Shown in pieces: positions 25,413 to 32,991 of a stretch of 32,991 bases of DNA. How positions within the stretch are numbered: position 1 is the first letter of the stretch; the number at the start of each line of letters is the position of its first letter. The notes below the pieces were generated by a model. That model searched no databases and had not been told where the DNA came from. It saw only the letters and a list, made by a program, of their open reading frames with translations. Both the position numbers and the translations under genes were made by a program. The DNA comes from Candidatus Altiarchaeales archaeon (GTDB lineage Archaea > Altiarchaeota > Altiarchaeia > IMC4 > SCGC-AAA252-I15): positions 1 to 32,991 of the forward strand of contig WJJK01000031.1 of NCBI GenBank assembly GCA_014729705.1, read 5' to 3'.

Positions 25413-27133
25413 TGGGATTTCGTATTAAATACGACCAAAAACCAGAGCTCGTCAAGCCTAAATTGGATGACGTAGATATACCGACTGCCCCGGTCATAGA
25501 TCCAGCGCAGATTACCCCTCCTCAGTCTTTTCTTAGACCTCAGGAACAAACCCAGGATGTAGGTCAGGAGGAGTCTGGTAAGGGATACAACTGGCGGAAT
25601 TGGAGTTTAAACTTAAGCTTCTCTGAAATAGAAGGAATCATGGGGGCTGCGGAAAGTGTTCTAGAGGCCCTAGATAGTCTAACTGAGACGCTGTCGGTTT
25701 TCTTGAGACTCCTACGTGTGTTTACTAGTGATTTGAAGTCTATCATGCGTATTCTTAAGACTCTTTTGAAGCAAGTCATAAAACAGCTCCGCGCTTTTGT
25801 AGAGGGTTTTTCTTCTACAGGTGTTCATGCGTCTCTAATAGGGTTTGACGGGTTCGACAAAAGAGATAGTAAGTTTCAGTTTCCTATTAATGGGGGTCTT
25901 AGAGAGTTCGTAGCAAAAGTGAATGAGACATGCTTGAACAGCAAAGACCCGGATGCTCCTAAATACAGCAAACCAGACACGGTTGGTGGTTTTATATTCG
26001 CTATGATTGGTAGTACGAACGACCCTGAGTTCTTAGAGGATATGGTTCATAATTTCAAGATACTTGGTAATTTTTTCAGATTCAGGTTTCCTCTACCAGC
26101 CCCGCCTAAGAACGTAAGAGCAGTCCCCGGGATCTACAGAGATCGAGAGGATGGAGAAAAGAAGCTAGGTGTTAAGATAACGTGGGAAGACCCTCAAACT
26201 CCGATCACTAGGTTCTACATATTCCGTAGTCCCTATAAAGAGGGTGTCGTTAAACAGATAGAAGTGGATGGTGAAGATATAGATATTAGAGTGTTTGAGG
26301 ATGAAGGTTTTCCAGTACATAAGCCTGTGATACCCGGCAGACCGAGATACAGCTATATCGATTTTGATGTCAATCCAGAAGACATATACTACTATAAAGT
26401 TTTCAGTGCTTTAGGGCGCAGCTTCATAGAATCTGATAAAGAAGAAGATCAGGTATACAAAAGGATAGATGCTCCAAACGCTTCTCAAACAGTGAGTGCG
26501 GAACCTCGTCTTTGCATACCCGTATCTGAGTTAGAGAAGTACACACTGCTTGATGAAGACGGAAACGTTGTTAGCCCAATTGATTTAAAGGGAGATTGGT
26601 ACTCTCTTAGTTTACGTACTATGCTCGGTCCGGCTTTTGAAAAGCTCCTAGACAAGATGGACTCAGTTAGCGACCGCCTTCTTGGTATGGTCAATACAAG
26701 TTCAGATGCGATGTCTGATTACGTTAAGACTTTTCAAAGTAAGATAAGGACTTACCTAGATGTTGTAAGGAGAGTGTTGGATATCGTTGATCAGATGCTC
26801 TCTTATCAGCTGCGCGGTAACTTCATTTTGGTAGAGATCTATCCTGAAGTAGGAGGGATAGAAGGCTTTGTTGATAGATTCAATAGAGCAACTGCAGAAG
26901 ATGCAAAGGATCAAGACGGCAACAAGATAGCTACTGCAGGAGACGGTATATCAGACCTGGCTACAGAAGGTGTCATGTTTGGGGTCACCATGGTATACGG
27001 TTTCCCTACGGCGGACAGTGACTATATCAAAGAAAACGTACCTGATAAACAACAGAACAAGTTTGAGGGTAGCCTAGAGGACACGCAGAAGGCCCTTGAA
27101 GCATTCCTTAACATATTAGGACTAGGGGGATAG
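25412..27133 (+). CDS. Hypothetical baseplate-associated protein (573 aa): two related amphipathic helical modules flanking an FN3-like domain
   Basis: FN3 pattern PAPPKNVRA...VKITWEDP....FYIFRS...YSYIDFDV.....YYYKVFS (about 26096-26410), with long amphipathic helices on both sides. Confidence 0.65.
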   Translation: MGFRIKYDQKPELVKPKLDDVDIPTAPVIDPAQITPPQSFLRPQEQTQDVGQEESGKGYNWRNWSLNLSFSEIEGIMGAAESVLEALDSLTETLSVFLRLLRVFTSDLKSIMRILKTLLKQVIKQLRAFVEGFSSTGVHASLIGFDGFDKRDSKFQFPINGGLREFVAKVNETCLNSKDPDAPKYSKPDTVGGFIFAMIGSTNDPEFLEDMVHNFKILGNFFRFRFPLPAPPKNVRAVPGIYRDREDGEKKLGVKITWEDPQTPITRFYIFRSPYKEGVVKQIEVDGEDIDIRVFEDEGFPVHKPVIPGRPRYSYIDFDVNPEDIYYYKVFSALGRSFIESDKEEDQVYKRIDAPNASQTVSAEPRLCIPVSELEKYTLLDEDGNVVSPIDLKGDWYSLSLRTMLGPAFEKLLDKMDSVSDRLLGMVNTSSDAMSDYVKTFQSKIRTYLDVVRRVLDIVDQMLSYQLRGNFILVEIYPEVGGIEGFVDRFNRATAEDAKDQDGNKIATAGDGISDLATEGVMFGVTMVYGFPTADSDYIKENVPDKQQNKFEGSLEDTQKALEAFLNILGLGG

Positions 27134-27134
27134 A

Positions 27135-28565
27135 ATGTCTGATCCCTATCTGAAAAATCCGTATTCATCGAATGATAGCGAGGCTGTTGTAGAGAGCATC
27201 GTAGATATGATGCTTCAAACAGAGGAGCTATACTCTGACCAATTCAATAACTACCTGAGACGCATACACAGGGTGCGTAGGAATATAAAGAGAGAGCAAG
27301 AGAAGCTAAAGCTTTTGCTTGCCGAGAATAATTTGAGTCCTAGTCTCCCTCAATTTTCGAAAGTCTTAGGAGATTACTTATATCCTGATAGTGAGTCTGA
27401 ACCGGCACAGACATACGTAAACCCAGAAGAGTCCTACACAAAGACGCACACGGTACTTGAGGTCTATACACTAAAAGAGATAGCAGCACAGCAGCCCGGG
27501 GTCAATGACGCTATTAGAGACTCCATGGAGCGTATATATAAAGAGCGTAATATGCTCTCCAAGCTGACGTACAAGTTCCATAAGTTGAATAATGTATTCG
27601 GTGAGTCTATAGAGAGAAAAAAGAGCTCTTCTAGCTATAAGGACGTAAAGAAAAAGAATAGAGACATAGCTGTTCTTATATCAGAAGTGCGTAGTTTCCG
27701 GGATGTGATACAGCAGATCCCAGACGAGCTTGCAGCATCAAAAGCAAAAGAGGATTTGAATACAGGAATGAACGTTTATTGTTCAGCTTACATGGTACGT
27801 AAAAAGCAAGTCATAAAAGATGCGGCAGATCTCTCTGAAGACTTCTCTGATGATACCAGTTTGCAGGACACAATAAATGGTTTGCTTGCTATCATGTCTC
27901 TTTCAATGCCTAAGCAGTACACGGGGACCGTAGAGAATAAGAAAAGCATACTCCGTCTTCTTGATGGTGCTTTAACAGATCTAGGTCTTTTACTAGCAGA
28001 CACAATCGGGGAGCTTAATCTTCTTGCAGGATCCTCAGGTATACCTAATGAAAAGGTAGAGAGTATCAGGCGTAATATCATATCGGTTCTTCGTTCACAG
28101 GTTAAGTCCAAGGTAACAACTAAGACAACACGCGATCAGATGCTTGCAGTTAATGACTCTGATATCTCAGAAAAAGTACGTAAGAAAGATCGTTTCGTGA
28201 ACGCTTTGAATAGGATGAGCGATGCGGTGACCCAAGGAGCAGAGGCTATGGGTGAGGTCGCGCAGGAGTTCTCAAAGCGTTTATTTAATACCGCGGTCCT
28301 CTCTTCAGGGTTTCCTGAGACTTTTCAGAAGACTGGATTAGAGGCTTTAAAGGATAACCAAAGAGAGGTAGTGCGTCAGAGGTATGGAGGAGAAATACCT
28401 TTTTGTGATGAGGTGATAGTAATCAATGATGACGGGACTAAAGAGTTCGTTAAGAAAGAAGATGCGACAGAGATAGAGGACGGTACGTACAGGAAGAACT
28501 CAGATCTTAAGAGAAATCAATACTTTGACGAGTTTGGGAGAGACCCAAATGACGTCAATACCTAG
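27135..28565 (+). CDS. Hypothetical alpha-helical/coiled-coil protein (476 aa)
   Basis: 1 nt after the previous stop; long ORF with heptad-like charged helices; no family recognised. Confidence 0.7.
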   Translation: MSDPYLKNPYSSNDSEAVVESIVDMMLQTEELYSDQFNNYLRRIHRVRRNIKREQEKLKLLLAENNLSPSLPQFSKVLGDYLYPDSESEPAQTYVNPEESYTKTHTVLEVYTLKEIAAQQPGVNDAIRDSMERIYKERNMLSKLTYKFHKLNNVFGESIERKKSSSSYKDVKKKNRDIAVLISEVRSFRDVIQQIPDELAASKAKEDLNTGMNVYCSAYMVRKKQVIKDAADLSEDFSDDTSLQDTINGLLAIMSLSMPKQYTGTVENKKSILRLLDGALTDLGLLLADTIGELNLLAGSSGIPNEKVESIRRNIISVLRSQVKSKVTTKTTRDQMLAVNDSDISEKVRKKDRFVNALNRMSDAVTQGAEAMGEVAQEFSKRLFNTAVLSSGFPETFQKTGLEALKDNQREVVRQRYGGEIPFCDEVIVINDDGTKEFVKKEDATEIEDGTYRKNSDLKRNQYFDEFGRDPNDVNT

Positions 28566-28595
28566 AATAATCTTCTAATACTTTGGCCTTATGCT

Positions 28596-29336
28596 ATGTC
28601 TATTGATATCAAGCTACAGAACGCCTGTGACCATCGCATTAATTGGATTCGGTCGGAGTTAGAGACTGATCGTAAGACCATTTTTCTATCGTATCCTATA
28701 GCGTCTACGGCCTCTTTTAAGCTTCGTATCAATAATGTAGTTCTTCCTAAGAGTTCCTACGGATTCAGTAATAGTGAAGAAAGCACTGTAGTAGAGCCTA
28801 CTAGGTATGTAAGTCTTAAGAAAAAATCCAAGCTGAATGACCCCATTATTGAGGCGCAGTATACGACATTTTTGGATTACTGCCCTAAGTGTGTGGGTCT
28901 TAGGTACATAGATGATCTTACGTATGATAAATCCGGAGACCTTAATACGGTACGGAATGAATATCTTCTTGTACAGAATGTTGAGAAGCGTGTTATAACA
29001 GAGTTGGGGAGTAACGTTTTCCACGAGAATATGGGTACTAATCTCCATTCTCTCGTTAATCAAAAAATCCTTGATTTTGACTTAATTCGAAATCAAATCA
29101 CGGACCAGATAATAACTAGTCTTAATCGCCTAAAGGAATCTCAGCGTACCCTTTTAGCATCTAGAAGAGAAGTTTCTGACGGTGAGCTTCTGGACAAAAT
29201 TGGCGAGGTTATTGTAGAGCGGGCTGAAGACCCGACCATTTTGCGTGTTACTGTTACTTTTACGGCACGCAGTGGAAGAACACTTGAATACACGCAGTTC
29301 CTGGAACTGTCTAGACAAAGGGTCGCTTTCGTATGA
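28596..29336 (+). CDS. Baseplate wedge gp25/gpW-like (sheath initiator) protein with an N-terminal extension (246 aa)
   Basis: C-half LLVQNVEKRVITELGSNVFHENMGTNL...QI..SL..L...DPTILRVTVTF matches the gp25 pattern. Directly upstream of baseplate J (ATGA overlap). N-half has CDH and CPKC. Confidence 0.8.
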   Translation: MSIDIKLQNACDHRINWIRSELETDRKTIFLSYPIASTASFKLRINNVVLPKSSYGFSNSEESTVVEPTRYVSLKKKSKLNDPIIEAQYTTFLDYCPKCVGLRYIDDLTYDKSGDLNTVRNEYLLVQNVEKRVITELGSNVFHENMGTNLHSLVNQKILDFDLIRNQITDQIITSLNRLKESQRTLLASRREVSDGELLDKIGEVIVERAEDPTILRVTVTFTARSGRTLEYTQFLELSRQRVAFV

Positions 29337-32300
29337 GCTTAGCTGCTCCAACAATATTATACCCCATGACAGACTGGGTATCTGGCGTTGAAGAGACGTA
29401 CTCTTCTTCAGATCTCGTGCAGATGATATCTGGAGAGATACCTGTAGTCGTCTCTGAGATAGACGACGAAACTATGCTGTCCGTACAGTATCGTTATAAG
29501 GTTTCTTATCCAGGTCAGGCAGGGACATGGTCTTCGTACAGTGAAAGCGGAATCACCGTAGGGGCAACTTCTACGGCTGTTATTGCTGTGCCTTGGTCTC
29601 TTAATACATCTGGTATAATAACTCTAGTAGATAATGCTACGCTAAATCTTCAGTTTAAGACCATAAAACGCAGAAGAATAGTGAATGATGTAGGTCCTAT
29701 ACTTGGAGAGAGTTCAGTATCAAGCCTCGTAGTAAACATAATAGATGAGGATGAGATTGAGGCATCTTCGCAACCCCCAACGGGTGTGGACCTCAAGAGG
29801 GCTAAAGATAGCATTAAGATACGTGTGCCTGCGAATGGTCTGCGCATCAGCGGAGATGGTAATTTTGCGGGGTGTAACTTCTATCTGGCGCTTGAACCCG
29901 GTGGAGGAGAGGATGGATATGCTCTCGCGAACAGTTTCCTTATAACCGACCCAGACTCTGCAGAGACTGTTACCTCTACCATCGAGGAGTCAGAGACTGA
30001 GGACTCAACCAATGACATCACTATCACTACGACGCGTGATAGGACAAGGTTGATCCAGTACTATACACTCTCTATTACAAAGACTGTTTTACGTAGAATG
30101 GTGAATGATGGCTCTATATCTGATGTATTCCTGGCAGACGGGCAGTCAATAGATAGAGACCGAAGGTTTTATTTAGTAGCCACTCTTGTTACGTATGACC
30201 AGGTACTAAATGAAGCCGTTGAGAGTCCTTATTCTTTCGAACAAGAGGGTCAATTTGTAGACTTCCAGACTCAGTACTTGACGCTGCCGTCTAGAAGCCG
30301 TACAGATGTTCTTTTCTCGATTTCCCAGGATATTTTCCAAAATAACGAACTAGTAAGTGTCATACCTGGTTCGGTGTTAAGGGATATTTCAGATCCTGTC
30401 GCTACAGAGTTTGAGCGATTCTACGTCATACAGGATTTTCTTTTTGCCTGTCTTTCGGTAGATACGCTCTTACAGTTTGATGACGCAAACGGTGATGGTA
30501 TAAGTGATAGTCTAGAGGAGAATGTAAGAAAGAGAAAGTTGGCGGACGCTCTCACGATATCTAGTTTTACCCCCCTTCAGAATTTCATAGACCAGCAGTT
30601 CAATAAGATGGGGTCAAACTATGATTTAACACGTAAGGGTTCTCAGAAGGCTCGAGGCACAGTCACGTTTTACATGACACAGAGGCCCACAGAGGATATT
30701 ATTGTCTCTGATGGGACTACGGTCTCAACAGAAGCAGATGTCGATGCAGGAACGCAGGCTACAGAGTTTTTAGTCCAAGGCAGCAAAATTTTGGATGCGG
30801 ATAATCCGGATCCCTTCTACAACCCTGATACAAAACGTTATGAGATAACAGCCAATATAGAAGCTCGCTTTGGTGGGACAGCAGGTAATGTCCCCGCGGG
30901 CACGATAACAATTGTGACTGGGTTGAATCCGTTACTTCGAGTAGAGAATAATTCTCCCACACTATACGGTTCTAATACAGAGACTAACGCACGATTCGCG
31001 ACTCGTATAAAAATGGCCAGAGCTTCTTATGATTCAGGGACAGAAACAGGATATGCCTCTACATCAAACGGTGTCCCGGGGGTACTTGAGGCTCGAGTAG
31101 AAAAGGAAGATGACCCCCTCATGATGCGCGACTATGATGAAGAGTCAAAAAAGCACATTGGGGGTAAAGTAGATATCTATGTAAGAGGAGAGTCTATAAC
31201 TCAAGTAGTAGACCAAGTAGCTTTCAGATATGAATACCCGACCGATACCTTTGGCAACAAGGTAGGGGAGCAGTTTTATGTCACAAACTCCTCTGAGTAT
31301 CGCATCCGTACTAAGAATCCTAATGTAGGTTCTGAGAGTCCTATCGTAATCGTGCATAGTGTTCGCAACGTCACAAGAAATTCTAACTACAGCCTAGACG
31401 GCCTGCGGATTATAGGCGACGGAGACACTATCTTGTTGGATGCGAATCTCACCAACCAGAATATAGGCATGGCTGCATTAGATGTTATCATGGTGGACTA
31501 CAGATATCGCAGCTCAAACGAGCTCATTCTATCTGAGCAGCCTGTAATAGAAGTGGTCTCAGTAACAGATACTAATGATGCTACGATAGATAGCTCGAAA
31601 TACGAGCTTACTAAATCGGAAGATATCCTTCAAAACGGTGAGTCTACAATTGCTAAGGACTCAGTGAAGTTCTACTTCAATGATAGCGATAACATCAATG
31701 AGTTGGTGAGTGTAGAAAACGAAGAGAAGGACATGTTAATCAACGTCCCTGCTAAGCTTAATTTGAAGGGCGTAGACATTGATACTATCGTCGTGAAACC
31801 AGATAATACGGGAACTGGATCGGCCTATCGACTAAATGTGGACTACACAGTAACACCGGGAAGCGTTACCACGTATACCTATATCAGTTTAAAAGATAAT
31901 GGCATGATCCGTAATGGTGACCGCGTTTATGTAGACTATGAAGCTAGTGAGAACTTCAACGTCACATATACTGTCAACAATCTTTTGTCTCAAGTACAGG
32001 ATGCTATCGACAGCATGAAGCATGCTTGTGCGGACACTATTGTTAAGAACGCTGTAGGAAACTACGCAGATTTTGCTTTCAAGGTGGTGGCTAAGACCGG
32101 TACTGACAAGACTCTTCTTAAATCACGCGTGCAGACGGCGCTTGCGAACCTGGTAGGACATCTTAAGATGGGAGACACTCTTACGCAAGGAGCTGTAATA
32201 AATGCTATAGTAGGTGTTAAGGGTGCGAAAGAGATACAGATGCCCATAACTAGGATGATGAAGAGAAACAGCTCCTACATTGTTCTGGATGATATAGGGG

Positions 32301-32710
32301 AGACTACTTTTGAGATATATCAGAAGACGAGTAGAAGTGGGGTGACATCATATCGTTCTGTAAATAGCGTCCTGACTTATAAGACGTCAGATGGAGGGGG
32401 AGATAGCAATCTTTACAGAGCTGTGTATGAAAATAATATACCGTTGACCCTCGTGGATAATGCTTCTCTTGTGTCTTCTGCTTCTGGCAGCGCATATATC
32501 CAGTCTGACGGAAGAATTATAGTCAGTACGACTGATGGTCTGCCCCCACAATCAAAGAGCTATAAGGCGACATATTATACGTTCTATCCTGCTGATGAAA
32601 ATGTTGTGCAAGATATCGAGACTGCCCAAATAGAGTATCTCAGAGTAGATAGTCTTAGCTTAAAGGGCATCGAAATTGTAGATGAGACGATAGTTAAAAG
32701 AGGACTCTAA
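29333..32710 (+). CDS. Baseplate J-like (P2 gpJ / T4 gp6-type) wedge protein, enlarged (1125 aa)
   Basis: PGSVLRDI.DP.A.E, GSNYDLTRKGSQKARGTVTF, GTAGNVPAGTIT, NNSPTLYGSNTETN..F..RI, GT..GY......VPGV..A.V and GGKVDIYV are the gpJ hallmark motifs in the expected order. Confidence 0.88.
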   Translation: MSLAAPTILYPMTDWVSGVEETYSSSDLVQMISGEIPVVVSEIDDETMLSVQYRYKVSYPGQAGTWSSYSESGITVGATSTAVIAVPWSLNTSGIITLVDNATLNLQFKTIKRRRIVNDVGPILGESSVSSLVVNIIDEDEIEASSQPPTGVDLKRAKDSIKIRVPANGLRISGDGNFAGCNFYLALEPGGGEDGYALANSFLITDPDSAETVTSTIEESETEDSTNDITITTTRDRTRLIQYYTLSITKTVLRRMVNDGSISDVFLADGQSIDRDRRFYLVATLVTYDQVLNEAVESPYSFEQEGQFVDFQTQYLTLPSRSRTDVLFSISQDIFQNNELVSVIPGSVLRDISDPVATEFERFYVIQDFLFACLSVDTLLQFDDANGDGISDSLEENVRKRKLADALTISSFTPLQNFIDQQFNKMGSNYDLTRKGSQKARGTVTFYMTQRPTEDIIVSDGTTVSTEADVDAGTQATEFLVQGSKILDADNPDPFYNPDTKRYEITANIEARFGGTAGNVPAGTITIVTGLNPLLRVENNSPTLYGSNTETNARFATRIKMARASYDSGTETGYASTSNGVPGVLEARVEKEDDPLMMRDYDEESKKHIGGKVDIYVRGESITQVVDQVAFRYEYPTDTFGNKVGEQFYVTNSSEYRIRTKNPNVGSESPIVIVHSVRNVTRNSNYSLDGLRIIGDGDTILLDANLTNQNIGMAALDVIMVDYRYRSSNELILSEQPVIEVVSVTDTNDATIDSSKYELTKSEDILQNGESTIAKDSVKFYFNDSDNINELVSVENEEKDMLINVPAKLNLKGVDIDTIVVKPDNTGTGSAYRLNVDYTVTPGSVTTYTYISLKDNGMIRNGDRVYVDYEASENFNVTYTVNNLLSQVQDAIDSMKHACADTIVKNAVGNYADFAFKVVAKTGTDKTLLKSRVQTALANLVGHLKMGDTLTQGAVINAIVGVKGAKEIQMPITRMMKRNSSYIVLDDIGETTFEIYQKTSRSGVTSYRSVNSVLTYKTSDGGGDSNLYRAVYENNIPLTLVDNASLVSSASGSAYIQSDGRIIVSTTDGLPPQSKSYKATYYTFYPADENVVQDIETAQIEYLRVDSLSLKGIEIVDETIVKRGL

Positions 32711-32713
32711 ATC

Positions 32714-32991
32714 ATGGCCAAGAATTTAGGCGAAGGCGTGTCCACTGTTCTTAATGCTGAAGGTTACGCATTCGATAAAGTAGTTTTTCAGAAGGGTAAG
32801 CCCCCGTTCGATGCGGAGCTTAACCTCGCACAAGAACTGCAGGAAATAATCACTCAGAGATCGACGGCTCATCTTCCTTCGGGATGGCTTAGCTATCGCC
32901 CCTATTATACCTCTAATACTCTTCAGAATAGCTTCTATACCCAAAATCCCACAGGGGCAAAGCCTGAGGTAGCTTTGGTAAATGGGTGGCC
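32714..32991 (+). CDS. Virion structural protein, N-terminus (3' truncated), DUF4815/DUF6519-like; absent from the supplied ORF track
   Basis: ATG32714 is 3 nt after the J stop, with AGAGGA upstream. Open to the window end: MAKNLGEGVSTVLNAEGYAFDKVVFQKGKPPFDAELNLAQELQ...PSGW...ALVNGW. The V.FQ.G.P..D.ELN..Q motif resembles the N-terminus of baseplate/fibre-attachment proteins. Confidence 0.7.
   Translation, partial: MAKNLGEGVSTVLNAEGYAFDKVVFQKGKPPFDAELNLAQELQEIITQRSTAHLPSGWLSYRPYYTSNTLQNSFYTQNPTGAKPEVALVNGW

Larger units (their letters stand above)
1..32991 (+). mobile_element. Tail/baseplate morphogenesis module of a large contractile-tailed phage (fragment of a phage genome or prophage)
   Basis: All credible genes are on the + strand with few intergenic gaps. 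The order sheath-tube-chaperones-tape measure-tube initiators-hub-spike-gp25-baseplate J follows the canonical contractile tail order. No cellular genes are present. Confidence 0.9.

Noticed and set aside
1-32991. eCIS (Afp/PVC), T6SS or tailocin as the primary call
   Set aside because: No Afp15-like AAA+ ATPase, no TssJLM/ClpV, no toxin-immunity pairs and no lysis cassette or host genes are visible; the chaperones and long tape measure fit a phage. Not fully excluded without flanking sequence.
1-32991. CRISPR array, tRNA/rRNA, intron or intein, diversity-generating retroelement
   Set aside because: No spaced direct repeats, no cloverleaf-like sequence seen in the few short gaps, no interrupted genes, and no intein, homing endonuclease or reverse transcriptase motifs noticed by eye.

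Overview
The window is one dense, uninterrupted + strand block of about 19 genes (standard genetic code, genes abutting or overlapping). It reads as the tail and baseplate morphogenesis module of a large contractile-tailed (myovirus-type, probably jumbo) bacteriophage. Gene order: tail sheath (5' truncated), an acidic low-complexity protein, tail tube, two probable tail assembly chaperones, tape measure protein, two tube-fold baseplate proteins (the second fused to an M23/LytM-like domain with altered metal-ligand motifs), baseplate hub, gp5/gpV-like spike, a 205-aa internally triplicated protein that may cap the spike, a 3139-aa multi-repeat protein, a small overlapping ORF, a duplicated-helical protein with an inserted FN3-like domain, an unknown helical protein, a gp25-like protein with a putative Zn site, an enlarged baseplate-J-like protein, and the start of a DUF4815-like virion protein. 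I saw no capsid, portal, terminase, integrase, tRNA, rRNA, CRISPR array or host housekeeping gene. All product calls come from motif recognition by eye plus gene order; no database search was run. The most unusual part is the highly elaborated baseplate between the spike and gp25 genes.
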